Shown: positions 26,637 through 40,067, numbered from the whole stretch's first letter. The stretch: 63,886 nucleotides of DNA, filler included, from Choristocarpus tenellus KU-1152 (GCA_964200185.2; 12 parts of 12 records of this genome joined end to end with filler, not necessarily neighbours in it); one strand, 5' to 3'. The notes: a model not told the origin generated them from the sequence alone. Numbers and translations are program-made.

Positions 26637-26720
26637 GTCGATGTGACCGAGTGGTTAAGGTGAAGGACTTGAAATCCTTTGGGCGCTATGCCCGCGCGGG
26701 TTCAAACCCCGTCGTCGACG
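26637..26720 (+). tRNA. tRNA-Ser(UGA): tRNA-Ser (anticodon UGA), intronless
   Basis: Acceptor stem GTCGATG/CGTCGAC plus discriminator G. D-arm ACCGAGTGGTTAAGGT. Anticodon arm AAGGA-CTTGAAA-TCCTT. Long variable arm GGGC-GCTAT-GCCC. T-arm GCGGG-TTCAAAC-CCCGT. CCA is not encoded. Confidence 0.96.
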
Positions 26721-26871
26721 ACGATACTAATAGTTTTAGGTGTTGTGTTACTCAGTATGAGTACCTAGGTGAAAGGTATTATGGGGCTAGGGCTACCGGT
26801 GTAGCGACACTATTGTGAAGTGAGAATGTGATTGTCACACCATCAACTCACACTATCAACTCTAGTTGCGT

Positions 26872-27480
26872 GGCACCTCACAACCTCGTCACCGCATATT
26901 TGTAGGTTGCGAGTGACACGGACAACGGACACCCTTCACTGCTGCATCCACTTTTTTGCCCCTCAAATACTAGTGACTCCCTTCAATCACCGTGGCACCT
27001 CGCAACCTCGTCGCCTCATTTTCTTTGGTCGTGAGTGACAGGACACCCTTCACGGACCCTTCACTGCTGCATCCATGTTTTTGCCCCTCGATTGGAGATC
27101 GCCATTGGGTGTACCCAGTCAGCAATCACCGAAGGTGGTTAGAATCAATGCTTACGTTGACATAATGTGTGCCACTCATACATTTCTCTAGACTTACAAT
27201 GAGGCATATGTCAGTGGAATGCTATTCAGTGCTGTGTTACTTAGTACCACTATGGTAGTAAAGAGAGGTACCCTGGCATATCATGGGCGTGAGACTATCA
27301 ACACAACCGTGCTCAGCCTAATATTTGTAGGTCGTGAGTGAGATCCTTCACTGCTGCCTCCAGGTCTTTGCGCCACAACTGGAGGCCGCCATTGAGTGTA
27401 CCCAGTCGCCAATCACCGATGGTGGTCAGAATGCCTAATAACGTGTGCCACTCATACATTACTATAGACTTGTAATGAGA
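26872..27480 (+). repeat. Nested imperfect direct repeats (A-A-B...A'-B') downstream of the tRNA
   Basis: Unit A (gcacctc.caacctcgtc...gagtgac...ccttcactgctgcatcca...gcccctc) at ~26872-26964, ~26994-27089 and partially ~27320-27377. Unit B (cgccattg.gtgtacccagtc..caatcaccga...gtgtgccactcatacatt...agactt..aatgag) at ~27092-27203 and ~27380-27479. Confidence 0.85.
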
Positions 27481-29569
27481 GGCTTTTGTCAGGTACATTA
27501 TTGATCGACACCATGGTGCACAAGCGTTAGTGATGAGGGCATTGTCTACAACCAATGGACTCTCTCAGAAATGGCAATAGCGCAATGCAATAATTGTCTG
27601 TCTTAGTAGCTCTACTCATTTATGTACATGCTGCTACCCGCTCATACTGCTGTGGGTACTCAGCAGTGATCAAGCATAGCTCTTGGAGGGGCTTACCAAT
27701 CGACCCATCATGTCTATACTAGTTGTACAATTGTTAACACTCATGGCGCTAGACACACCTCTCAATGTAAGCGAATGAATTTCTATGCATATGCACGGGT
27801 CAGCAAGTCCTACAAGTCGTGCTACCGTCTCTCTTAGACGGAATCATATGCCCTCCCTGTTGGGTGATATCCCTATGGGGCCGTACTGATAGACATTTGT
27901 CATGACATGACATGACATGACTGGCTCAGCAGCGATGGCTACTCTATTCTACATGTCACCAGGCTGTCCATGTCAGCATCAATGCCACTGGTTACCTATG
28001 ACCGCTAGTTCTAACACCTCTCACCATCAAGGTCATACTTCTTGGCAATCCTCATACGAGAAGTGAAGTACATCCCACAACCTAACACTACAGTGCATAA
28101 CATACTGTGTATGAAACCTACCAGGTTGTCATACATCAACCTAGGATAAAGGCATGCAGCTAATGTGTTAGCCTCCTATTCAACGGTGAGGGATGGTACT
28201 ATGCAGTTGGTTGTACCGAACGAGGATGTCACAGGTATCACAACGTAGCGTCTAGTCATCTAAACCCTACACCACAATGATGGTGGCGGGTCTGACCGAG
28301 GAATATAGTGTGCAAAATAGGACAATAGTGAAGTGTACCTTATTTTGTGCATATGAGATTATTGTGTTGAATTGAGTCCATGTCAATTAACTAATGAGAT
28401 AGTACATCCAGATTATGTATGGGATTATGTATTGGTATTTATTACGCATTCAACTACTTTGACATAACCGCAAATAAATAATAAACAAGCAAGGAGAAGA
28501 CACCCCACAAAGGTTACTCTTCTAATTTCAACCATGTAATCACGTTCAGCAAAAGGGGGTCGTGTGAGGCTTCACACCTTCTTATCTTCACTACTAACCT
28601 GTAACATACATACCTCCCGAGGAAATTTGCGCAGATAGTATTAATGGTGTGTAACAGTGTTCTCGGCATAGTCAGGTTAGACCCTCTCTGCCCCACTACT
28701 GAGTCACCACCCGTGACTAGTTCAAAGCTATGGGCAGATATGCCAGCGAATTCTCATATTCAATGACAGCTGGCACATCAGACTCGCTCCAATCATGTTG
28801 ATATGAAAACCTGAGTAACGCCACGATCACCTAATGATTTAAGTGCAGATATTATACCTGATCGTATGTTACAACAGACATTTGTTGAGACATTCTAATA
28901 CAGCCCTCACTAAAGGGTACTCTTACCAGAGTTTCCCTGACCTTCTACCGCTACTGCATGTGACGACCTCTTAGGGTCTATTGTCATTCACGTTTCAGCT
29001 CACTCTTAGCCTGAAACTTCTCCGCTACCTCTACCTTCCTAGCCTGTGGACCTGTGGTTAGATGGTAGTGCACACTGCACTATCTCTTCTACCCTACGAG
29101 CTATCTACCTGTTGCACTACAGCCAATTGCACTGCCTCATGTGTGCCCTTATTTTTCTTATGTCTTGAGTTCAGCCGTCCCACCATCAGTCGTCGCTCTA
29201 TCTCCTCCCTCGAATATGGCACATACTCTCACCATCCGCAACGGAGCTTGGCCCCTACCATCCAGATATTTTTTCCAATGCACTTGCCACATGATCCATC
29301 CAAGTCAAATTTTAAGGTCTACAATGAAGTTGGACGGGTTGAAACAGGACCGAACCGATGTGGTAACAACCACACCTTCATAAGCAAGTGATATACATGT
29401 ATATAACCCTAACCCTAACATCCAAGAACAACAAATCAGTACAATATTATGTACTCACTGGAAAATGCCAGAGGACATAGTTCTATATGCTTACATGTAT
29501 ATTGATAGTAAGAAATAATCTTTAATAATAATAATAATAATAATAAGAAATAAATATATATATATATAC

Positions 29570-30105
29570 ATGTTTCACCTGACGTGTGAAAAGCGCACCC
29601 AATACGAGGGTTCTTTTGACCCTCGTAGTTATAACCTCAACACCTTCATGGTGGAAGGTTTTGGGCGGCTCGGTGTGCAAGCCAAACGTTTTCTGGACGA
29701 GTTGGCTATGCACGCAGTACAGGGAAGAGGGGAAGGAGGCTACAGGAGGAAAGGGGCTGTCAAATCTCGTCTATGACAGATAGTGTCTGTCACGACACAA
29801 GCACCTTTATTAGACGTGTGTCATATCTTTTAACCTGGAGACACCAGGGAGATGGGCAAGAAGGGGCTTGTTAGATTCGGGGGATGCTTCCCTAGTTCCT
29901 CACCATCCTGGGGTGCAGGAATAAGCTAGGTTGGAGGCACAGGAGGGCAGTGGTACAGCATAGCAGATAGTAAATAGTAAATAGATTAATGTCTTCCACA
30001 TTTTATGACAACAGTTCCCTTTTTAAGGGGTTTTTCTGGTACGTGAAAAGCTTTCATTGATTTTTCCCTTGATACATCTGTAAAATGTGACAGGGAATAA
30101 TAATA
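29570..30105 (+). mobile_element. 5'-truncated CRE-like non-LTR retrotransposon copy
   Basis: ORF 29570-29776 (YEGSFDPRSYNLNTFMVEGFGRLGVQAKRFLDELAMHAVQGRG) plus a conserved 3' UTR ending gggaataataata. Flanked by (TAA)n/(TA)n tracts. Confidence 0.87.
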
Positions 30106-30299
30106 CAAATATTTAATTCGCTTTGTATAATATATATATATATATTTACTTCATTATTCCATATTGTTTCTTGTTGAAGGTTGTGTAGGTCTAGAAGATA
30201 TACTTCAGACACAGTGTTACATTTCAAACACTATACTATAGTATGTTTTTTTATCCGAAACCTTTGTTCAGTTGAGAAGTTCCCATCTTCCCGTCCTCT

Positions 30300-31870
30300 C
30301 GATCAATATATAGGTTTCAAAAAAGACATAACCTTCCTGAAGACAATCCGCACGAACGAAAAGCTCAGAGACGAAGGCAAGATCCACTAGTATTTTATAA
30401 TAATAGTGATCCACAAACCGAGAAGCCTACAATGTGCCTCTGTTCAACGGAGTTTTCTGGCCTTGGGCAGCAAGAGACAGTCTCCCACAAAGAGGTTGGT
30501 GTTCCCTAACTGACCCGTCCTTCAACAAGAGGAGAGGGGAAAATTGAATCTTTCCTCGAGGCAACGAGCAGCTGTACAAAGGAAATTCGGTAGTTCGTTT
30601 ATTCATAGATCTTGGAGGAAGTGTGATCAATAATGAGGATTTTGTGTCATCTTTCTGCTTCTTTGGTCCTGAAGGCTTTTTCGGGGCATAGCCTGCTCAG
30701 GGCCATGAAGAGGAACGACATGATCACACTCTTCCCGCGTAAGGCTCGATAACGTGAAGATGACCAAGGGCCACTGCCGATAGTATCAAAATATCTTAAC
30801 TACAGTAGTACACAGTGGAAGATATGAAGAGTTACAGTATCGAAAAATAATGTGACTTGAGTATGTATACCTCTTGAACAAGCCGAAGTTGGTAGGGGTG
30901 TGAACTGTATAGCATAATACAGGGATCATTTGTGCATAGTGGGGACGGAATTTTGTTTATCCCTCCACGCGATGCCTTCACCTCATCGTTGGGAACGCAT
31001 ATGGCAAGTGTAGAGGAAGGTTTTGACAGGCGGGTGGTGCCAATCGAAAATATCTTGGCCACGCCCTTCACAGGTTGTCGTCGATTTTTCGTTCCAGTTG
31101 GGCTCTCTTCTTCCCTCCTGTTCTGTAAGTGTGACTTATATCCACCCCATCTTCAACAAGAAGCACATTTTCCTTCCATTTCCTATATCTGATCCTGTCC
31201 AACCCCCACACCACATAGTCCCGACCCCCTCTACCCTCTCTCGCTTCGTGCGGCAACAATTCCCGATCTGAAGGTACCCAGCAAGTTCATAGTCGGCCAA
31301 CTCGCGTGGTGGTGCAGGAAAGGGCAAACACCAATCCCGGTTCAGGTGGTGAAAACTTGTTCAGCATGGCCCCAGGTAAACTACCAACGGCTGGGAGATC
31401 TTTATGTTGTGTCCTTCAGCTACAAATTCTCAGCGCCTCGTATTACTATCAGCAGCCTGACGAGAGTAGTCTCATCATCATTACCAATGATACTCAACTC
31501 CTTTGTTCTCATCGCTCAATGCCCCACTCTCGTCCATGTTCATGTAATCCCGAATATTTCTCTCTGCATATGTTGATCTTCCAGGCCTTGTATCAAATCA
31601 TCTCTCCTGACTGCAAGAACATTTTCGCGAGGGTGACTGAGTCGGAGCTAGAGGTGAAGGTGGGTTCACGCTATTAAATGGAGGTATCGCAACATGAGGT
31701 CAGCTGTAACATACATACCTAAATTCCTTAGTGGACAAAGGAGAGATGATTTCCTAGGATATTATTGCCTGGGGTGGTAAAATTATACCAAGGTGGATCT
31801 ATCAAACCTTGGTTGTTCCTCCTGCCGCTCCAAGACGTGAAGCACCTTAGACCAGAAGAGACACATGTGT
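30300..31870 (+). mobile_element. Decayed Gypsy-like gag-pol remnant
   Basis: Aspartic-protease-like RLFIDLGGSVINNEDFV at ~30596-30646. The remaining frames are broken and the boundaries are approximate. Confidence 0.35.
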
Positions 31871-32613
31871 ATCGAATATAATGCCTGTAGAGAAGACTGG
31901 CTGTGAGACCTATTCAGCCCACACCTCTGTTAATGCAGTACATGTACTACATAGAAATACCAAGTTCTCAACCTCACCATTAGAAATACTCTCATCCCCC
32001 ATGGCCAGGGCAATAATTACTCCTTTACCCCTCACCTGTGTAATGCTCCCCACCCCTCTACCATAATCTCGTTCGTTTATGTATACGTATATGTATATAT
32101 GCATGCGTATTTGTTTGCACCCATCATCACAGGTATGCCACTACTCAGGATTCCCTTGCGACTGCTGCAAGTCTACAGACAAGGCAGTGTCAATCGGCCC
32201 TGGGGTAGATCTCCATGTTCTGTGTGACAAGTGCGCTGCAACCACCGCTGCGTGGCATCTACCCATGACCGACTCTGTAGCACACACTCCACATGGAGGT
32301 CTCACGGATGTTGAACTTGACAACTTTTTGGATTCGGTGAGTGACAACTCGCCTACCGTGTGACATGGATTGATGAACTGATTCTTCATTCTATATAGGN
32401 NNNNNNNNNNNNNNNNNNNNNNNNNNNNNNNNNNNNNNNNNNNTTAATTAATTAANNNNNNNNNNNNNNNNNNNNNNNNNNNNNNNNNNNNNNNNNNNNC
32501 ATATTATTATAAGAATACCAAAACCGTTACCGGCTCCCCCCCAGGGGGGAGCGTCTGTCCTTATACCTTAGGCTTGGTCGAGGTCGCTTCCAAATCGTAG
32601 CGGTGTCCTCCAC

Positions 32614-32742
32614 AAGTACCGAAATATTTTTGAATAAAAATATGTCCGGGCCCTTAAAAAGCGCTGAAACATTTATTAAAAAACACATCCCGGGTCCTTA
32701 AAAGTGCCGAAACATTCTAAAAAAAAAACATATCGGTACTTT
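32614..32742. repeat. ~42-bp tandem repeat (2.5 copies) bracketed by a short inverted repeat
   Basis: gaaa(c/t)att...aaaaa...ccggg(c/t)ccttaaaa units. aagtaccga at 32614 and tcggtactt at ~32733 are reverse complements. Confidence 0.7.
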
Positions 32743-32949
32743 TTCCTCACCGTTTTCGATCATAACCCATCCTCAATACCCTGCTCCTTCCTCAATTCTC
32801 CAAATCCACTGTTAAATGCCAGGACTTGGGAGGAAGAGGTAGGTGGCGTTATCTGGGAACAATCGTTATATCAAGTTGCTTATACATACACGACACAGAC
32901 AGGTTGTCCATATTTTTTTGCTCACTATTGTGTTACACTAGGTTATATC

Positions 32950-34700
32950 GTATAGCAGTACGCATCGTGGTAATAATTTTGTCCTTGGTGTTTTCTGTGT
33001 GATGGGTGAGCATCATGTGGGTGTGTTGACATCGCTCCGAGCGCCACAGAGCCTTGAAGAGACAGAAAAGACAGCTCAAATCTGAGAACATACCAACCAG
33101 AAGTGAAGCCTGAAGACAAGGTCATGGGGCGCGATTGCAAGGAGCACGCGCGTGCCTTGTTGGCATGTATGCAGAAGACATCGTGTATGAAGGTAATATC
33201 AGAGAAGTTGTTGAATTCGGAAACTGTTATGTCTCACGGAGGGACTGCTGGCGTCCACTTCGCAATGTTCTAGGATCCTCATCGAAGGATGTAATGGGTT
33301 TCCTTTTGCTCCCGTTAACAACAGATCGCAGGTTTGGATAACACCAGTGTATTGATTGCAAAGACGTCCGAAACTCCCAGTATAATCTCTTGTGTTGCCC
33401 TATAGCTGCTGAAAGTCGCCCCCTGTTTGTCAACCAACTTGTGATAGGATGGTGGGCGACTCAAGGAATGCATGAAGACTGAGGACAGGTGAAAACGTAA
33501 TTCTGTATATTACACTAGAGCATCAAGGCTGGACAGATATCTTGTAGGGCCTACTCTTTTGCAGTTACTGCAGCATGCTTTTGTGGTGAGGGGTTTTGAT
33601 TCTCGTCCCTCCTAACACCATGGATGGTGCATACATCCTTATGTGTGATACTGACAAGCATTCGATGTCCAGCTTCTTACATAGCTATAACTCTCTCCCA
33701 CGCCTCGAATGAAATCTTCAGGGTTCAGACTTTCGCATTGATCCCCTCAAGCCTAGGAAGGACCTCTGGCACCCCAAACACCCTTACAATGCCCGACCTA
33801 ATCTGTCTCGGGAATACAACCGATATGACGCCCTTCCCCTCAGCACAGTCACCCCCTGAATCTCGCTAATATATTACATGTCAGCTGCACTCAAGAAGAG
33901 ATCTATATCCCGCCATCCGCTGTTGAAAATCCCAGGCATGAGTGCACAGTTGAGCACCAGTCTTACTTTGAATGTAAACGAGGACAGTTGGACATGCGAA
34001 CGCGGATACGAGGAGAGCGGGCATTCTGAGAGGATGCACAAGACATTACAGTAAACAATAAATCGCAAGGCCCAGTTTTCAGAATGGATTAAACTGGGGG
34101 GAAATAATTATTTTACGTCGTCAAATTCCTCTTCTCTAACTTGCTTCACCACCTCCCAAACTTCCTCCAGCTGTCTGAGGCAGGAAGCCGTTGATGTCCT
34201 CATTCGCACGTCAACCATTCACACACTCCACACGCTCACGTACAGTCGCATATACACACATATTTGCCTTGTGTGTTCCCATGCACTTTAACTAATGCCT
34301 CATCTTTAAGCAGGTAGGTTTTGCCTGTCGTTCAAGAGGACAAGTCATCAAGAATACCTGTTGCACAAAAGCAACAACGTAGATGGAGCTCCACAAGTAG
34401 ACTAAACGAACGTGAGATTCTAAGTGTTGAGACTTTGAGAATGAATGCACAGACCATCCAGAGTAAGTATGTTTCATCACCCTTCGAAGTGCTTGGCACT
34501 ATTGTGCAAGAAATCTTCCCTTCAACAATGCCATTGTTTTGTCTTGAAGTGTTGGTATCACCTGCAAGTAGGGGTGAGCTCATCATTTGTCACCATGCAT
34601 GCACAGTGTGATCACCATTATGGGAGACCACTTCCAGTTGGTCTTCCAGTGTTTCTCTTTTAATTCGAGAATCGCCTCTCCTAGGCTAGAAGTGCCACTC
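32950..34700 (-). mobile_element. Decayed Ty1/Copia pol remnant (integrase core to RT)
   Basis: Minus-strand order TSRQNNGIVE (like TPQQNG.AER, ~34550), LRQLEEVWEVV (~34170), FKVRLV...PGI (like KARLV...PG.D, ~33970) and DIDLFLSA (~33905). Confidence 0.6.
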
Positions 34701-35429
34701 ATGTTCCCTTCACAGAGGTAAAATCTTAATTAATAGAAGTATGCACTTGATGCACAATGAACCAGATTGAAGCATACACATGAAAAGACAGGATAGACAC
34801 CATCATACGCAAGCAGTATGCTGCTGCTGCATCATTCTCCAAAAACGCAAGTCACAGAAGATTGAAAACAGTCGAACCCCTGCAGTAAATGAAGAAATGA
34901 TCATAACATGCTGCCTGCCCACAGGTCCTCAGGCTCAGGGAATAGGTACCTCTCAACCTACCACAGTATCAGTAGAATACAAGCAGCATCGGATAGTCTT
35001 TGCCCAGCAACTAAAGGAACTGAGAACCTGGTGATGTAGCTGGCATCATAGACATCCATGCATTGTGGTTCAAATATTATACTCCAACAAGCAAATAGGA
35101 CAGTATGTGGTCACAGTACACGTTCCAGCATAGAAACCAGACAGAAAAAACGCCTCCACCTCTTACAAATACATGAGTAGAAATAAAAACCACTAGGCCA
35201 TGCCACAGGCAAACAGCTAAGCACACCATGAGATGGAAAGGACAAACAACCCAAGGGGTGAGTGAGGTGGATGAAGCAGTCAGTCTGACAGTTCATGCGT
35301 TCACACGGTGTGACTATGTGCCCAAGATAGTTGCTTAAAAACCAACACACTACTGCTGCAGAACCATAGCCCTCATTATCACTTCCCCTCCAACTACAGC
35401 AGCTTACTTGTGTACAATGAGTGCCAGTA

Positions 35430-35610
35430 GGTTCAAAGTATCTGGGGGCAGAGCAGGGGGAGGGTCTACACCAGGGTGACCATTCAGGCCCTGACCAGGA
35501 GAAGTTCACTTACATTATCCATGCAACCAAATCACCCAAAAATCACAACATGAAAATGGGCCCTGAATGGACAGATGCCACCCCCACCTCCACCCCAAAT
35601 GCTTTCAGCC
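35430..35610. mobile_element. MITE family 1, full copy (opposite orientation to 4178-4360)
   Basis: GGTTCAAAGTATCTGGGGG...CCCCAAATGCTTTCAGCC. The interior is the reverse complement of the 4178 copy. Flanks agta/ggta. Confidence 0.85.
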
Positions 35611-35936
35611 GGTAAGGGCCCCCTACGGATGAGGTCAAACTACGCTTCTACTTGCTCTACCGTGTGTAAAATAAAAAAATATATATTAAATTGCAAATCT
35701 TGTTCTTGATTGAAAAGACCAATGCAATAAGAGCTAATTACCTCCAATAACGTACACATGCTCTCCAGCCTCAAAAATCATGGAAGCAAAGAGGGGCATG
35801 GAAAACACTGCAAGTAGATTGGAAGATAGAAGGGAGNNNNNNNNNNNNNNNNNNNNNNNNNNNNNNNNNNNNNNNNNNNNTTAATTAATTAANNNNNNNN
35901 NNNNNNNNNNNNNNNNNNNNNNNNNNNNNNNNNNNN

Positions 35937-36011
35937 AAATGCACTTTTCCTTATTTTCGTCCAAATGGACACCCTGGTGTAGAACACCCCCCCTCCCAGA
36001 TATTTTGGGTC
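35937..36011. mobile_element. MITE family 1 end at contig start
   Basis: ggacaccctggtgtagaac...cccagatattttgggtc matches 4315-4360. Confidence 0.85.
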
Positions 36012-36920
36012 ATTTCCAGAAATGCAGAGAGAGAAGTAACAAAACACATACACAAATACATAATCAGAATACAGGAAGAAATAGAAATGAAAAAAAAACA
36101 TCCTGTGAAACGAGAAAGGTGTAACCACTCAACTCCAAAAAATCATGAGACGAACACATATCGGATCGAACATGTAGGTCCAACATTAGTCTGACGAGGG
36201 GTCTACCCACTCAAAGTCGCGCACACTGCCAACACAAACTGTAGCTTCAACAGGAAGGCATCCTAGGGCAGACCCCATTCCAAAGGCCAGGTGGTAGTGT
36301 CAAATACGTTTGGTGACCGTGACCACTTTTTGTGCCTAGAGCTACGGCTGTATCAGCCTCCTTGGTGTGTCAGACGTCCATATAAAGGGTTCGGAGTCTG
36401 CAAGTAAACTCCTCTTTTCAGTAGAGACCTCGAAACACAGGAGGTCATCCCGGAGGCTCCACATCATCTTTTCTCCGGTCCTCCTACCGTCTCCTTGGGT
36501 CTCTCAGCAGTTGATTTTCAAAGCGTCAATTTCTTAGGCATGTGAACATCATCCATGCTCGCCATAAGTTCCGCGAACACCAGCCTTGATTTGCTTGTAT
36601 TCTCCTTGATTGATGCACGAGTTTCGAGCTCTAGATAGTATCATTCCCTGTATGACCAGGGGTGATCCGTACGCTTTCTTTTACGGAATCTGATTACAGT
36701 GCTGGATGATGCCACAGTTTTGGAATCGAAGCTGGGTGTAGTGGTATTTCTGGACTGTCCGCGTTATGCAGTCATAGAGTTGAACCTCACACACTTTGAC
36801 TTCTGAGTATCTGAAAATACACAATAATGTTGATTTGTGGAAAAAAAAATCCGTTTCGTACTTTGAAACCTGTAAGAAAACACTGACTATAAACCAGTTC
36901 CATATCTGTCCCATAAACAG

Positions 36921-37872
36921 AATGAAAGACAGAGAAATCGTCCCCGCTCCGAATATGGTACCTTTCACTATGGGGGCGATTGCCATCGGAAATAATGAAC
37001 CGGGAGCGAGCGATGAGGCCTCCGAATGCAGTGTGGCATCCTCCAAGGCATATATCGACAACTGGGAATCCCTTTACGATGCTCCTGAAGAAGAGCTTCC
37101 AAAGGTAAGAACACCGTACCCACGTGCAAACTCAAAGGAAGTTGGACCAGCAGTGTACTTGTCCAGATGAAAGCGTATTCGCTGCAATGAGCTGTACTTA
37201 TCGTGCACTAGTCTATGGGACCTGATCAAATCTGGATTTTTTTATGGTATTAAATTAAGCAGGCTCAACTTGGGCGCCGGCGCCTGGTTGCATCGATCAA
37301 GTTGAGAGCACTTGTGGAGAAGATGGACAGGGACCTCAAAACGCACATACTACAGGTGAGGTGTTGGCCATAAGTTTCGATCAGAGCCATTCATGTGCAA
37401 CCAGAAAAGTGGGATATTTTGGCCCGTGCGGATCGATTCTGCTCTCGACTACGTCGTTGACTACGCTGGGCAAGCAATTGCTACGCTATGGCCGCTACGA
37501 TGGTTGAGGGAACGACGAGCTGCGTTATGATCGTGTCCTTAGAGTATTTTGCAAATGGAACCCATCCTTTGGCATATATGTGCCAACGAGGTCCAAATTT
37601 TGAATTTGTTGTCCTCTGCTGAGAATTGTTCACCCAAAGGCATCAGGTCACAATTCTATCATACAAGCATGACTTCCACGTCCTAATCGAACCTAGCTAG
37701 CGTGTTTCTTTCTGGTAGTAGAGAAGAAGTTTTCTATATCTCACTACTGGTATGTACCAATAACGAGGCCAGAGGTTTTGTGGAGTTGACTCATGGTCGG
37801 CGGTGCTTAATAACCAGATATCATCTGCTTTCGATTAAAGTTTGAGCATCGATCACTTTTCTGGAACATGAG

Positions 37873-37907
<35 letters not shown>

Positions 37908-39107
37908 CCTAAACGATTGCGGTGCTCGACTACCAACACATTTCCCTCTTTTCCCTTCAGTGCGACTGTAGTGGGACTCTGTTACGTATCTATTTTAACC
38001 CTAGTATTTCACGACCTTGAGATAATCCAATCGCGAACCAGACCAACATGACATATTGTCAAGAGTCAGGAGAAAATTCAATATGATTAAATCTGCCCTG
38101 TCTTGGTCTGATGCCTCCCTCGATCTACCTGTGCAGATGGAGGAGAATGAAATGGAGTGTATGGTGGCAGAAAATGGTGATGATGCAGCAACGGGATATC
38201 TCTCTACAGCAAGGTAGAGATGACAAGACATTCTGGGGTCAATACGATCTTCTAGTTCGCTGCTACTGACTGTTTCATTCACGTATCAGTACCACGTTTG
38301 AGACAGTCCCGTATCCTCGCAATTAGCATATACCCTGGGATCTTGGGCTCCTCTCACACAAATGGATACACCACATATATATGATATCTTCCCTTCCTTT
38401 ACGCTCTGCTTTTTATTGTACCTTGACCGTGTGAATTTAGATAATTTGTGGGGTAAACAATTGAACGGTTTCCCATCAGCCTCTAATGCCTACTTCAAGA
38501 CTTCCTACTACTCAACACTTGCTTTGACCTTGTGCCTCCAAAATGTACATGTGCTCAATTTTTTATTGAATTGTCACAAAGTCCTTATATCTGCTATGAT
38601 GGGAACTGATGTGTGCGAAAGTAAAACCCATCGAAAAATATCCCTCAATTATTGGCTTCCATTTATCTGAGATACAATACTATTTCAGTTATTCAATCAG
38701 TATTATTTATAACACTTACTATTAACCCCTATGTAGATAGGTCGGGCAACCTGGTAGAAATCACATGTAAGGAGTCAAGTGCCTATTCCTGAGGCTTGTT
38801 TACTTGATGTGGTGATGGAGAACAGTGTTGTCAACAAACCAAAGCAAACCTTCAAGAAAGAGGTACTAGGGGCGTAGGGAATGTTCATTTTCAAATACCA
38901 TATGAATACTGCAATTATTCACAGGAATATACATCAATTGATTCCTTTTATTTGTGCTCATATGCTCCCCATTCTTCCTGTTTTGCATATCCCGTGGATT
39001 GATTGCTTGCTCTCTAATCAGGAGACTTGGAAAAAAACTGCTTAAAGAGGAAAGGTCCGAAGAACCTGAAGCAACCAGCCGTGTATTACACAACAAGAGA
39101 AGCAAGG
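36921..39107 (+). CDS. Hypothetical multi-exon gene, no recognised domain
   Basis: Phase-compatible candidate exons 36921-37104 (...DNWESLYDAPEEELPK|gtaaga), 37263-37355 (AQLGRRRL...KTHILQ|gtgagg) and 38137-38213 (MEENEMEC...|gtagag). Later exons (~38772-38862, 39022-39107) are ambiguous in phase. Confidence 0.5.
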
Positions 39108-39383
39108 TAAATTCAGCATATACGATACACTCCACATGAATACAAAATGCACCATCAAGGTAAACAACGGATGTCAAGATGCACTCATCTACCGTTACAA
39201 ATATGGTATCAATCCACGTGTTTGTTTCCATCACACACTTGGCAAGCATCAATTTAACACAAATGTTGCTTAGGGTACTTGAGAATTGTTTCAGGTGTAT
39301 TCGTTCAACCTTTTGCTCTGGTAATCCATACCCTTCTTGTTCTGGTCACATTTCAAGTGCATGATAAGTTGGCAATTTGATGC

Positions 39384-39646
39384 GAGCCAAAGTATCTTAG
39401 GGTTAGGGTAGAGCCGCGTCCATGTGGTGGTCAAAATCCAATGTTGCGATTGTGATGTAATTTTGGCTATCGTGTTTGTTAGGAAGTGTCAATATCTATG
39501 TTTTGGACACACCTTTTCATAATGTATACATTTTACTATTCCGAGACATTTAGGAGTAGGTAAAATGTCCCAAAAGAAGCCATGGGAAGTCAAGCCCCAA
39601 ATGGACAAACAGGGCAAAACTCGTACCCTCTAAGATACTTTCACAC
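39384..39646. mobile_element. MITE family 2 (~260 bp, TIR consensus GAGnnAAAGTATCTTAGAGGGTA), full copy
   Basis: GAGCCAAAGTATCTTAG...CTAAGATACTTTCACAC with a perfect 4-bp TSD ATGC. Confidence 0.92.
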
Positions 39647-39792
39647 ATGCAGTACACAAGACCAATTAGGCAACAACTCCTCTTCAGCAGATGTGTCTGC
39701 TGTTGAACGAGCAATACATTTTTGAATGCTGATATATGCATTCTAGTAAAGCTCTTCGTTGTCTCCTCCAGAGATGTTATGAATGTCCAAGT

Positions 39793-40050
39793 GAGTCAAA
39801 GTATCTTAGAAGGTAGGGTCGCGTCCATTTGGGGGTCAAAATCCAATATTGCGATTTTGATGTAATTTTGGCTATCGCGTTTGCTAGGAAGTGCCAATAT
39901 CCTTGTTCTGGACACACATTTTCATAACGTATACATTTTACCTACTCCAAAACATTTTGGAGTAGGGCATGTCATAAAAAAACCCATAGGAAGCCAAGCA
40001 CCAAATGGACAAACAGGGCGTAATCTGTACCCTCTAAGATACTTTCCCTC
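39793..40050. mobile_element. MITE family 2, full copy
   Basis: GAGTCAAAGTATCTTAGA...CTAAGATACTTTCCCTC, collinear with the 39384 copy. Flanks share AGT. Confidence 0.92.
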
Positions 40051-40067
40051 AGTCAAATGGTATGTTT

